Assembly (NCBI GenBank): GCA_013265495.1
Contig: MU061579.1
Span: forward strand, 3,345,319 to 3,409,318
Source of the DNA: Vicugna vicugna
Taxonomy: Eukaryota
DNA length: 64,000 nucleotides
Direction of reading: 5' to 3'
Under the pieces are notes generated by a model. That model did not search any database. It had not been told where the DNA came from and worked only from the letters and a program-made list of their open reading frames with translations. Below are positions 25,982 to 37,625 of this stretch, one piece after another; the first letter of the stretch is position 1, and each line of letters starts with the position of its first letter. The translations under genes and the position numbers were made by a program.

Positions 25982-26790
25982 CAGAGCCTAACTCTAGTAC
26001 TGCCCAGCCATAGAAAAGAGTTTACCGCCCTACGCAGCAGCAAAGCTCTGCAAATTGTCCTCCCAGAATGGCTGAACACAGCCTAAAGGCCCACTAGTAG
26101 CAGACACCAGACTACAGCCCTGCCTGATAGCTGAACACACCCTGCAGCTCACCTAGGCGAGGAGTTCAGCCATTGACCTTGCCCAACCCAACCAGAGAGC
26201 CTGGACAGTGATCCCACCCAGCGACAGAGCACAGTCTCTAGCCCCACCCAACTGTGAAGTATAGATGGAGGCCCTACCTGATAGTTGAGCCCAACCAGCA
26301 ACACCACTTAACAGTGGAGGACAGCCAATAGTTTATCTGATGACAAAGCCCAGCTTGCAACTCATCCTGATGCTGACATAGAGCCTGCTGGCCCAACTGG
26401 TTGCAAACCATAGCCTGAAAACCCATCTGAGCATAAAACACAGCTTACAGCCCTACCTGAATACTGAATTCAGCCAACTGAACCATCCAATCAGGGAGCA
26501 CAACTTGAGGCTTCACCCAACTGGTTGCAATAACAGAGCCATATCCCTGCTTTATCATGGAATCCAACCAGTGGCACCACCCTGCAAGAGAACACAGTTT
26601 GAGATTCAACCCAACCAGAGGTGATTTCAGAGCCCAGGGAGTTGCCTCATGTGACTGCAGAGCACAGCCAGTAGTCCCACACTAGCAGTGAGCCCATTCA
26701 TTGGCCCTACTTGAACACAAAGCCCAGTCAAGGTAACTCCCTCAAACCTCAGAGCACAGGCAGTGGCCCTGCCCATGTAGAGAGCCCAAT
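25982..26790 (+). repeat. Degenerate ~30-bp tandem array in the L1 5' UTR
   Basis: Recurring units like cagagcacagtctctagccccacccaact, ctgaacacaccctgcagctcacctaggcg, cagagcacagccagtagtcccacactag. Confidence 0.75.
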
Positions 26791-26948
26791 AGAAAGACCC
26801 ACTTGCCATGAACGCTATCTGCTGATCTATCCAGTATCCTCCAACAATCTGACTGGAGAAGGTCTTTCACTGCTAAAACAAACCTATAAAATCCAAGAGG
26901 AGACCTCATACTCAACTACACAGATACCAATGAAGTGCTACAAAGATC

Positions 26949-28150
26949 ATGAAGAATCAGGGGAACATAACATTTCCAAAGGAAACTATTAAAGCTACAA
27001 TAACTGATCATACAGAAATGAAGATCTATGATCTAGCTGATGAAGAATTTAGAATAATCCTCCTAAAAGCTCAGCAAAATATAAGAACAAAGACTAACAA
27101 CTAAACAAAATTAGAAAATCAATGCATGAAAAAGAAAAGTTCACTAAAAATAAAGAAATTATATTATAAAAAGAAATGCTAGAGCTGAGGAACATAATAA
27201 CCAAACTAAAGAATTCAATGAAGAACTTCAACAGCAGACTTTAACAAGCAGAAGAAAGAATCAGTGAACTTGAAGACAAATTGTTTGAGATTTTTCAGTC
27301 AGAGGAGCAAAGGGAAAAAGAACAACAACAAAAAAGTAAAGAAAGCCTAAAGGATTTATAGAAACAATTATAAGAAATTATATATACATTATGGAAATCC
27401 CAGAAGGAAACGATAAAAAGAAATTCAGGCATCCATTGAGGCTCAAAAGATTGAACCAAAAAGGGCTACACCCAGACACATTATAATTGACTTGTCGAAG
27501 TCAAACATAAAGAAAGAATTTTGAAAGCAGCAAGAGAAGATACTCTTCACATGTAAGGAAGCCCCCATAAGACTATCAGTGGCTTTCACAACAGAAATTT
27601 TGCAGGAGAGGAGAGAATGGAATGAAAAATTCAAAATATTGAAGAAAATTGTCAATCATGAATACTATACATAATAAAGCTATTTTTAAGGAAAAAAGAA
27701 AGATAAATACTTTTCCAAATAATTAAAAGCTGAGAGAGTTAAAAAGGACACAAATGAACTTATTTACAAAACAGAGACAGACTCACAGACGTAGAAAACA
27801 AACTATGGTTACCAGGGATAAAATAGGTAGGGAGGGATAAATTGGGAGTTCGGGATTTTTACATACTAACTACTATATATAAAACAGATGAACAGCAAGA
27901 CCCTACTCTATGGCACAGGGAACTATATTCAATACCTTGTAATGGCCTATAATAAAAAAGAATATGAGAAGTCATACATATTAATCACTAGGCTGTATAC
28001 CAAAAATTAACACAACATTGTGAATCAATTATACTTCACTTAAAAAAACAAAAACAAAGCAAAACAAAAAAACCCAGAGAGTTTATCAACACTAGACCTG
28101 CCTTACAAGAAAAGGTAAAGGGAATTCTACAAGCTGAAATGAAAGGGTGA
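26949..28150 (+). pseudogene. L1 ORF1p remnant (interrupted by a nested L1 3' end)
   Basis: atgaagaatcaggggaac start; aacagcagactttaacaagcagaagaaagaatcagtgaacttgaagac; acacccagacacattataatt; cccataagactatcagtggctttc; actagacctgccttacaaga; many stops and frameshifts. Confidence 0.85.
27741..28067 (+). mobile_element. Nested short lineage-specific L1 3' UTR inserted into ORF1 of the old L1
   Basis: aaaaaggacacaaatgaacttatttacaaaacagagacagactc...atacttcacttaaaaaaacaaaaac; decayed TSD aaaagctgagagagtt (27725-27740) / aaaaacccagagagtt (28068-28083); host ORF1 resumes after it. Confidence 0.9.
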
Positions 28151-28619
28151 TGACATGGTAAAATATATGAATACATAAAATAGATCAGTAAAAGTAAATA
28201 TAGTCAACATCAAATTCACTACTATTGTAATGGTGGTATGTAAATAATTTATAGCTCACTTTAAAAGTTAAAAATAAACCTGTTAAAATAACTATAACTA
28301 GAATAATTTTTTACTGGTTACACAAAAAAATCAAAATTGTAACATCAATAACCTTATGTAATGGGGGAAGAAGTATAAAGTTTCTGCATACTATGGAAAT
28401 TAAGTTATTATCAGCTTAAAATAGGATGTTACAACTATACAATATTTTATGTTAGCCTCATGGTAACCACAAAAAAAAATATGAAGTAAATACTCAAAAG
28501 ATTTTGATAAAAGAGTCAGAGTATACTGCCACAATGTCATTGTATCACAAACAAAAACAGCTAGAGAGTAAATAAGAAAAAAAGGATCTACAAAACAGTC
28601 AGAAAACAATTATAGGAAA

Positions 28620-31600
28620 GATAATCCTAAATCCTTTCCTATCAGTAATTACTTTAAAGATAAATGGATTAAATTATCCTGTCAAAAGACAAAGATTAGC
28701 TGAATGGATAAAAAAACAAGATCTAGCATTTGTTACATACAAGAGATTCACTGTAGATTTAAGAACACACACATGCAGAGAGTAAAAGGACAGAGAAAGA
28801 TATTTCAAGCAAATGATTACCAAAACAGGCAGGGTTAGTAATACTCATATTACATAAAATAAATTTGCTGCTAAAAGGGTCACAAGACAAACAAGGTCAC
28901 TGGATAATAATAAAGTGGTCATCAAAAAAAAAAAAAGTGGTCATCAATTTGTCAAGATATGTAATAATTGTAAATATTTATGTACCCAATGTCGGAGCAC
29001 ATAAATATATAAAACAAATATTAAGAAAATTAAAAGGAGAAATAAACAGCAATACACTAATAGTGGGGGAATTTATTACCCTACTCTCAATAATACATAG
29101 ATTACCCAGACAGAAAAATGATAAACAGCAGATTTGAACAACAATAAACCAAATGAACCTAACAGATTTACACAGAGCATCCCATCCAACAGCATTAGAA
29201 TACATATACTTCTCAAGCTCACATAAAACATTTTCTAGGGTAGATCACATGTTAGGCCACATACACATACAAAAAAAAAAAAACCTCAAAAAATTCAAGA
29301 TGATAGAAAATATACCAAGAATCATTTCCAGCCACAATGTTATGAAACTAGAAATCAATGACAGGATGAATTCTGAAAATTTTAGAAATACATGGAAATA
29401 CATAACACATTCTTGAACAACCAATGGATCAAAAAAATAAATCAAAATGGAAACAAAGAAATATATTTAGACAAGCAAGAATAGAAACAAGATATACCAA
29501 AACTTAAGGGAGGTAGCAAAAGCAGTTCTAGAAAGAAAGTTTGTAACTATAAATGCATACATCAAAAAGAAAGACCTCAGGTAAACAATCTAATATTACA
29601 CATCAACAAACTAGGGAGGAGGGTATAGCTCAAGTGGTAAGAGTGTGTGCTTAGCATGCATGAGGTCCTGGATTCAATCCCCAGTACCTCCTCTAAGAAT
29701 CAATCAATCAATCAATCAATAACTGAATTACCTCCCCCCACCAAATAGAAGGAAGGAAGGAAGGAAGGAAGGAAGAAGGAAGGAAGGAAGGAAGGAAGGA
29801 AGGAAACTAGACAAAGGAGAACTAAGCCCAAAGTTAGTAGAAGAATGGAAAAGAAAGATTAGAGCAAAAATAAATGAAGTAGACAATAAGAGAACAATAC
29901 AAAAATTAACAAAACTAAGAGATGGTTTTTGAAAGCTAAACAAAATTGACAGACCTTTATCTAGACTAACTCAGAAAAACATGAAAGGACTCAAATAAAA
30001 TCAGAAACAGAAGAGGAGACATTACAACAAATAGCACAGAGACACAAAGGATCAAAAAAGACTATTATTAACAACTACATCAACATTGGCCAAAGTATAA
30101 GAAATCAACAAATTCCTAGACACACTCAACATATCAAGACTGACTCATTTTCAGAAATTGAAAATCTGAACAGATCAATAATGAGTAAGGATTAAATCAG
30201 TAATAAAAAACCTTCCAACAAAGAAAAATCCAGGACTAGATAGTTTCTACAGTGAAATCTACCAAAGATTTAAAGAAAAAATAATAGCATTACTTCTCAA
30301 TCTCTTCCAAAAAATTGAAGAGGAGGGAACACTCTCAAACTCACTTTACAAGGCATGAATTATCGTATTACTAAAACCAGATGAGGATATTATAAGAAAA
30401 GAAAACTACAGGATAATATCCCTGGTGAATATAAAATGCAAAAATTCTCAAAAAAAGAAATACTAGTAAACTGAATTCACCAGCACATTACAATATCATA
30501 CAAAATGATCAAGTGGAATATATCCCTGGGATACAAGGTTGGTTCAATACACACAAATCAAATATTATAATAAATAACATTAACAGAATAAAAGGTATAA
30601 ATCATATAATCATTTCAATAGATTCAGAAAAAGTATTTGAAAAATTCAACATCCTTTGATGATAAAAACACTCAACAAATTGAGTATAGAAGGAATGTGC
30701 CATGAAGGCCATATATGGCAGGTCCACAGCTAAAATACTCAATGGAAAATGGTTGAGAGCTTTTTCTCTAAGATCAGTAACAAGACAAGGGTGCCTACTT
30801 TCCCTACTCCTATTCCATGTAATACTGAAAATCTTAGTCAGAGAAATCAGGCAAAAAAAGAAAATAAAAGCCACTTAAATAAAAAAGTCAGGAGTATAAT
30901 TGCCTTAATTTGGAGGTGACATAATCTTATATGTATACAATTTTAAAGATTTTACTAAAAAACTCTGAAAACTAATAAACAAATCCAGGAAAGGTAAAGG
31001 CTAAAAAACACCAACATATAAAAATTGTAAACATTTGTATACTCTAATAATGAATTTTCTGAAAAATAAAGCAAACAGTCTAATTAACAATAACATAAAA
31101 AACAATAAAATACATAAGGAATAAATTCATCCAATGATGTAAAAATTTGTATACTGAAAATTATGACATTGATTAAAAAAATTGAAGAAGAACATAGGTA
31201 AACAGAAAGATTATCTATGGTCATGAATTTTAAGAATTGATATTGTTTAAATGCTCATATTACCAAAAGCCATTTGCAGATTCAGTATCAAAATTCCAAT
31301 GTTACTTTTCACAGAAATATAAAAATGAATCCTAAAATTTGTATAGAACCACAAAATATCCCAAATAGACAAAGCAATTTTGAGAAAGAAGAACAAATCT
31401 GAGGTGCCACAATTCCTGATTTGAAACTATACTACGAAAATATAATATTCAAAATAATATGGCACTGTCATAAAAAAAAGACACAGACCAATGGAAAAAA
31501 ATCAAATGTCCAGAGTTAAACTCTTGCATATACACTCAAATAATATTTGACAAGGAAACCAGAATACTCAATGAGAAAAATATAGTCTCTTTAATAAATA

Positions 31601-32590
31601 ATGTTTAAAACATTGAATATCAACATGTGAAAGAATAAAACTGTCCTATTCATACAAATTAACTTGAAATAGATTAGAGACTTAAATACAAAACCTGAAA
31701 ATCCAGAACTCCTATGAGAAAACATATGAAAAAAGCTCCTTGACATTTGACTTGGAAATATGTCTTTGGATATTGCAACAAAAGCAGAAATAAATACGTG
31801 GGGCTACATTCAAACTAAAACCTTCTGCACATTAAAATAAGTGATGAATAGAATGAAGAGACAATCTACAGAATGGAAGAAGATATTTGCAAATCTTATA
31901 TCTGATAAGGGGTGACAGCTTATATGGAACTCTACAATTCAATAGCAAGAAGACAAATAATACAACTTGAAAAACAGGTACAGAATCTGAATAGATATTC
32001 TTCCAACGAAGACCTACAGATGCTCAACAGGTTCAGGGAAAGTTGTTCAGTATCAATAATCATTAGAGAACAGTAAATGAAACTCACAATGAGGTATCAC
32101 CTCATATCTGTTAGAAAAGCTACTATCAAAAAGTTAAGAAATAGAAAGTGTTGATAAAGATGTGGAGAAATGAGCATCCTTGTGCACTGTGGTAGGAATA
32201 TAAATTTGGTCAGGCACTATGGAAAACAGTATGGAGAATCTTCAAAAAATTAAAAATAGAACTATTGTATGATCCAGTAATCTCATTTCTGGATATATAT
32301 ATGAAGGAAATAAAATCACCATCTTAGAGAGATACCTGCACTCCCATACTCATTGCAGCATTATTTACTACAACCAAGATATGTAAACAACCTATGTGTT
32401 CATTGACAGATGAATGAATAAAGAAATGAATATATACAAAGTACACACACACAGAGAGAAATATTATTCAGCCATTAAAAAGATGGGACTCCTGTCATTT
32501 GCAACAATATGGATGGACCTTGAAGGCATCATGCTAAGTAAAATAAGTTAGAGAAAAGCTATATGATATCAGTTATATGTGAAGTCTAAA
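28620..32590 (+). pseudogene. L1 ORF2p remnant (endonuclease, RT, C-terminal)
   Basis: ctatcagtaattactttaaagataaatggattaaat; ORF-track IIVNIYVPNVGAHKYIKQ and FSSSHKTFSRVDHMLGH; acaagacaagggtgcc; RT catalytic FADD decayed to tttggaggtgac (FGGD) at ~30909-30920. Confidence 0.9.
29615..29803 (+). mobile_element. tRNA-Ala-derived camelid SINE (vic-1 type) nested in the old L1 ORF2
   Basis: gggtatagctcaagtggtaagagtgtgtgcttagcatgcatgaggtcctggattcaatccccagtacctcc resembles tRNA-Ala(AGC) with A and B boxes, followed by (AATC)n, aattacctccccccaccaaa and a (GGAA)n tail; TSD aaactag at 29608-29614 and 29804-29810. Confidence 0.92.
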
Positions 32591-33574
32591 AAAAATTGAA
32601 AAGTCAGTCTCATAGAAACAGTAAATTAGTGGTTGCCAGGAGTTGGGGTGGGTGCAGGTGGTCCAAGGTAACAAACTTACAGTTATAATACGAGTAAGTT
32701 CTGGGGGTCTAATACAAAGCATGGTGACTGCAGTTAAAAATACTGTATTATATATTTGAAAGTTGCTAAGAGAGTAAATATTAAAAGTTTTTACTACAAA
32801 AAAGGAGTTCCTATATGAGGTGACAGATGTGTTAACTAACCTTATTATATGTTATTTCAAAATATATATGTATATCCAATCATCACATTGTACATCTTAA
32901 ACTTACACATTAATGTCAATTGTCTCTCAATAAAGCTGGAGCTTTTTTTTCTAGAACTAATCTGTTTTTTCAAAAAAAGGAAGTAAAAAAGTAGAAACTG
33001 TAACTAACCATGAAATAATAGAATATAAAATCCATTTTAGTTATGTATACTGTGACCAAAATATTACTTAGTTTAGATTGAAGCAATATTTATGAAGCAT
33101 GGAAGATAGACTATAAAAAATGCTGAAAGAACCTGTTTTTAAGATTTAAACTTAAAGTCTTCCTCTAAAATAGTAAGTTGTCCATCTGGTTTTTTAAAGA
33201 TAAATGTATTAACTGCATGAACTTATTTTATACAATTCTATAGTCTAATTTCATAAGAAAGTGCCATACAAATTTGAAATAAGACAGACTTGTTTAAGCT
33301 TCTTTACATTCAACAGTGAAGGATACTGCTTTGTAAATAAATATAAGAAAAATCAGATAGGATATTCATTATACCCATTATTATTCATAAGGAGGTTTAT
33401 ATTGGATTATGGAAAGTACATTCTTAAAGTAGACTAGAATGAAATATATTTTGGTAAAATATGTGTCTATGAATAGTCAACACAGTACCTTGTAATTTAA
33501 ATTAATAATATTATTTTGAACATTTTATCATTTTTTTAAGAATTATTAGTTATAAGTATGAAAATAGCTACCAT

Positions 33575-33770
33575 TTTAGCCTCAGATATGAATCCATCAT
33601 GTTCCATCATTTATCAAATTCACACAACAACTCTGTGTATTATCATCACTACTTCATGGGTGAGAAAACTGAGGCTAACAATATTTAGAAAACTAGCTTA
33701 TGATTACATGGCTAGTAAAAACATCACACAAAATAGGCTTTATGATTTCAGAACTGTACCATTTCCACTA
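33575..33770 (-). mobile_element. MIR
   Basis: attcacacaacaactctg...tgggtgagaaaactgaggctaacaatatttagaaaactagcttatgattacatggctagtaa. Confidence 0.7.
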
Positions 33771-34224
33771 CACATTCTAATATTTTGTAAATCCTTGGCT
33801 TGTTTTCATTTAATTGTTTAATTATATGCATGTGCTGATGGCTTAAAACGTCATTTATAGGAAGCTTGGAAAATTCATCTAACCAAGAGTTCCACAAGAA
33901 TTTAAAGTGACACGTTTAATGTAGACATTGATATCACTAGTTGACAGAAACAGCTGTACCCCACCCTGGTGAGATAACAACCAGACATTTTTCTAAGTTT
34001 TAGGCACTCAGTTTTAAAAAGAATTTTGGTAAAATGGAAGTATCTAGATAAAAGTGACTAGATTTCCAGGTCAGGTCTCTCCAAGAAAACGTTAGAAAGC
34101 TCAGGAAACAAATGAAGGCTTGACCACTGAGGTTTGATACGATGGTTCTTCAAACTACTTGGCAGAGTATAGAAAACCCTATGTAAGCTGGCCTCAGCTA
34201 AGCTTTTCCACCTCCAAGCATATA

Positions 34225-34276
34225 AAAAAAAAAATATATATATATATATACATATATCTTATATATATATATACAT
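34225..34276. repeat. A run plus (TA)n microsatellite
   Basis: Direct reading. Confidence 0.85.
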
Positions 34277-34419
34277 AAATTGAAAACTCGTATGACTGAC
34301 ACATCTTGAGAAATAGAACATAGCCAGCACCAAATTACACCTTTCCACAACTCTCCAGTTTGTTAATAAATAATTATAAATATTAAATATATATCAATTG
34401 CTGTATAATATACAATTAT

Positions 34420-35760
34420 ATAAATATTCCACAATTTTTTGGTTGTTATAAACAAAACTACTATAATCATCTTTATGCATCTCCTGGTGTAAAAATGCAT
34501 TTAATTTTATGCTGCATTTCTAGGAGTGAACTAAAAGTTATGATTGTCATCAAGCTTTTTAAGTATTTCCAAAAATACCTAAAGTTCCTACCAGTAAATA
34601 TGGACACTGCCCATTCTTTCACATTCTTGCCAGAGAGTTTTACTTCTGGCCAATATAGTGATTGTGGAGTGATATCTCATAGTCTGTTTCAATCTGTATT
34701 CCAGATTCACAATACAGATAAATAATTTTCATATACAAGGGGCCATTTGGATTACTCTTTCTGTAAATTACATATTCAAAACTTTTGACATTTTAGCATT
34801 GGGTTGCATGTATTTTTTTAATTGTAAGAGATCCTCGTATTTTACAAATGTACTTTTAGTTTTTTAAAGTCTACTCCATTTTAGTTTTATATCTGTTGAT
34901 TGTTTCAAACTTTTTGTATTTATTTTTATAGTTTGCTTTGGTTTTTGTTTTGTTTTGTCTTAAATTCAGCTGTCATATCTTTAAGTTATAGAATACCTAC
35001 TTGGTCCATTAATAATTTTTTCTGTGGCATCATTTTTAGTTTCCAGCTTTCCATTAAATATATTATACCTTACTTTCTTTTCTTTGAGCACAGTAGCATA
35101 GTCCATTTTATAATTTGTATCTGATTACTTTAGTATCTTTATGCCATGTTTCTACTGGAACTTGCCAATAGTATCTTCTTTCTTTGTGTGTTTTTCCCTT
35201 TTGCTGTGTCAAAGACATAATATTTAAAACTTTTTGGGGGATGGGAATAATTATGACCTATAAGAGTGGGATCATTCTTTTGACAAAATTTCCTTTTGCA
35301 TCTGAGACCCTGAGAGGCAATCATATTCTAAGTTCAATGCTTGACTTTCTCAGCCCTCATAGAAAACAAGCTAGACTGGTTGTACTCTTTTACTTCTGCT
35401 TCCCCTTCTGCTTTGAGGGATCTCAACTTAAATTTGGATTGTATCGAAGTCCTCAGATTTGACTGATGCTGGGTTTTGAATTTGCTTCTCTAGCATCAAG
35501 TGTCTGTTACCCAGCTATTACAGCTGTTACACAGCTCAGTGTGTTTTCACTGTTTCAAATGCCCTTATAGCAAAAATTGGATTCTAGTGCATGTACCTCT
35601 AGGTTCTCATTATATTCCACATCTTGGCTCAGCAATTCTTCATTTATTTTCACAATCATTCTGATATTTTTAACATTAAAAATTATTATGCCTGGATTTT
35701 TGGTTGTCTTTGGTAGGAGATTTGGTTCTTAATGTTTTGATTGCTACTCCTGGAAGCAGC
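34420..35760 (-). mobile_element. Ancient L1 (L1MC/ME-like) fragments in antisense
   Basis: gttgttataaacaaaactactataatcatctttatgcatctcctggtg; tatctcatagtctgtttcaatctgtattcc; ggccatttggattactctttctgtaaatt; downstream part less certain. Confidence 0.6.
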
Positions 35761-36253
35761 AGCAAATAAACATCAAAATATTGGCAGTAATTTTTTCATA
35801 TCTCTATGGCTTTGTACTTCCTATAGCTGAGGCATTCTTCTCCTTAAATAGTGAGGCACACTCCTATTTACTCTTTAAATCACGACACAAAAATTGCTTC
35901 ATTTAAGACATGCTCAGGGATTACTTTTCCTTACTCTTGTTACCAAGACTCCCACACAATCCAAGTTGACTGCACCTTGTTTATACACTGTCATTCCCTA
36001 TGTGTATCATTATCATCACAATCATGCAATATTATATCCTTTCATTAATGGTTGTTGCATGAGCATTTGTTTATGTGTTTGTCTTGTGGAATGTGATGTT
36101 CTTGAGTCCAGGAACTATAAACTAAGCCCTACTTATCCTTTAGAGTATACATTAAGTATCAGTTCCACAGGGAGTTTTTTCCTTTTCTCTCAAACCCTTG
36201 TTAGTTATTTTTGTTTGTTCCCAATTAGAACTTTCCTTATTATGGAAACTTTC

Positions 36254-36982
36254 CTTCTCTTTCTGGTTTACTTCATTTAGTATGACTATCTCCAGGTCCT
36301 CACATTGCTGCAAATGACATTATTTTATTCTTTTTTATGGTTGAGTAGTATTCCACTGTATAAATATACCACAACTTTATCCAGTCTCCTGTTGATGGAC
36401 ATTTAGTAGTTTTGACATCTTGGCTATTATAAATAGTGCTTCTACGAATATTGGAGCTCATGTGTCTTTTTCAATTAGCGTTTCCTTCAATATATACCCA
36501 GGAGTGGGATTGCTGAATCATATGGTAAGTCTACTTTTGGTTTTTTAATGAATCTCCATACTGTTTTCCATAACAGCTGCACCAAATTACATTTCTACTG
36601 TAGGAAGTTTCCCTTTTCTCCACACCCTTTCCAGCATTTATCATTTGTGGACTTTTTAATGATGGCCAACTGGTGTGTGGTGATACTTCTTTGTAGTGTG
36701 AGGTGTAGTGAGGTGACATCATATGATATCACTTATATATAGATTTTTTTAAAGGACACAAATCAACTTATTTACAAAACAGAGACAGACTCGAAACATA
36801 GAAAACAAGCTTATGGTTACCAGGGGAGAAAGGGAGTGGGAAAGGATAAATCGGGATTTCGGGATCTGGAGGTACTAACAACTATCTATAAAAGAGACAA
36901 AAAACAAGGTCCTACTGTATAGCATAGGGAACAATATTCAGTACTTTGTAATGGCCTATAATGAAAAAGAATATGAAAAGGA

Positions 36983-37015
<33 letters not shown>

Positions 37016-37115
37016 CACATGTGTGTATATATATATGAATCACTATGCTGTACACCAGAAATTAAACATTGAAAATGAACTATATTTCAATATAAATACA
37101 AATACAAATAAAAAA
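36254..37115 (+). mobile_element. Lineage-specific L1 with 5' inversion (twin priming): antisense segment 36254-~36697, sense segment ~36718-37115
   Basis: Antisense ORF2-end segment starts at the reverse complement of ...gaagtaaaccagaaagagaag; sense segment starts atcatatgatatcacttat, the adjacent L1 position; A-rich tail; probable TSD gaaactttc (36245-36253) / gaaattttc (37116-37124). Confidence 0.88.
36984..37036. repeat. (TG)n/(TA)n microsatellite inside an L1 3' UTR
   Basis: Direct reading. Confidence 0.9.
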
Positions 37116-37162
37116 GAAATTTTCAGCCTGTATTGTGACTTCAGAGTCTTTATAATTTTTTT

Positions 37163-37239
37163 CCATTCATATACATTTTATTGAAGTATAGTTGATTTAC
37201 AATGTTGTGTTAATGTCTGGTGTACAGTACAGTGATTCA
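37163..37239 (-). mobile_element. Very short (~77 bp) L1 3' terminal insertion
   Basis: ttttattgaagtatagttgatttacaatgttgtgttaatgtctggtgtacagtacagtgattca; TSD tataattttttt (37151-37162) / tacaattttttt (37240-37251). Confidence 0.85.
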
Positions 37240-37289
37240 TACAATTTTTTTATGTTTGGAATAATCACCCATTCCTGAGCTATTGTACG

Positions 37290-37625
37290 GTTTCTTATGT
37301 AATATCATTCAGAAATCTGTTCAAAGCTGACTTCCTCAAAGAGCTCTTTTTTGACCATTCAGTTAAAAGATCTTTTCTCAATCACTGCTCCTCCTTTAAT
37401 CTGCTTTATTTATTTCAAAATATGCATCACTTTATCACACACACACACACACACACTGCAGATGTTTAGTTGGCTTCTCCCAGTAGTCTCCCATTTATCA
37501 TCTGTCCCATGAAAATGATTCTCTTCTAAGGCTGGGATTTAGTTTGTCTCATCTTTGATTTTATCCCCAATATCTAGAATAGTGCTCAACTCAGACCAGG
37601 CATGCAATAAATGTTTGCTATATGA
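37290..37625 (+). mobile_element. L2 3' end, with (CA)n inside
   Basis: acttcctcaaagagctcttttttgacca...tatccccaatatctagaatagtgctcaactcagaccaggcatgcaataaatgtttgc. Confidence 0.7.

Larger units (their letters stand above)
25701..32940 (+). mobile_element. Near-full-length old L1 (L1MA9-like 3' end), decayed
   Basis: 5' gggagg...caagatgtca (decayed YY1-like start), repeat-rich 5' UTR, ORF1 remnant, ORF2 remnant with EN/RT motifs, 3' end tgtacatcttaaacttacac...tgtcaattgtctctcaataaagctgga with AATAAA at 32929; no clear TSD. Confidence 0.92.

Noticed and set aside
25982..26790. CRISPR-like periodic array
   Set aside because: Mammalian DNA; units are contiguous and degenerate with no repeat-spacer structure or cas genes; part of an L1 5' UTR.
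29615..29692. Apparent tRNA-Ala(AGC) gene
   Set aside because: Followed by a SINE body and tail, flanked by a TSD and carrying stem mismatches; it is a SINE head.
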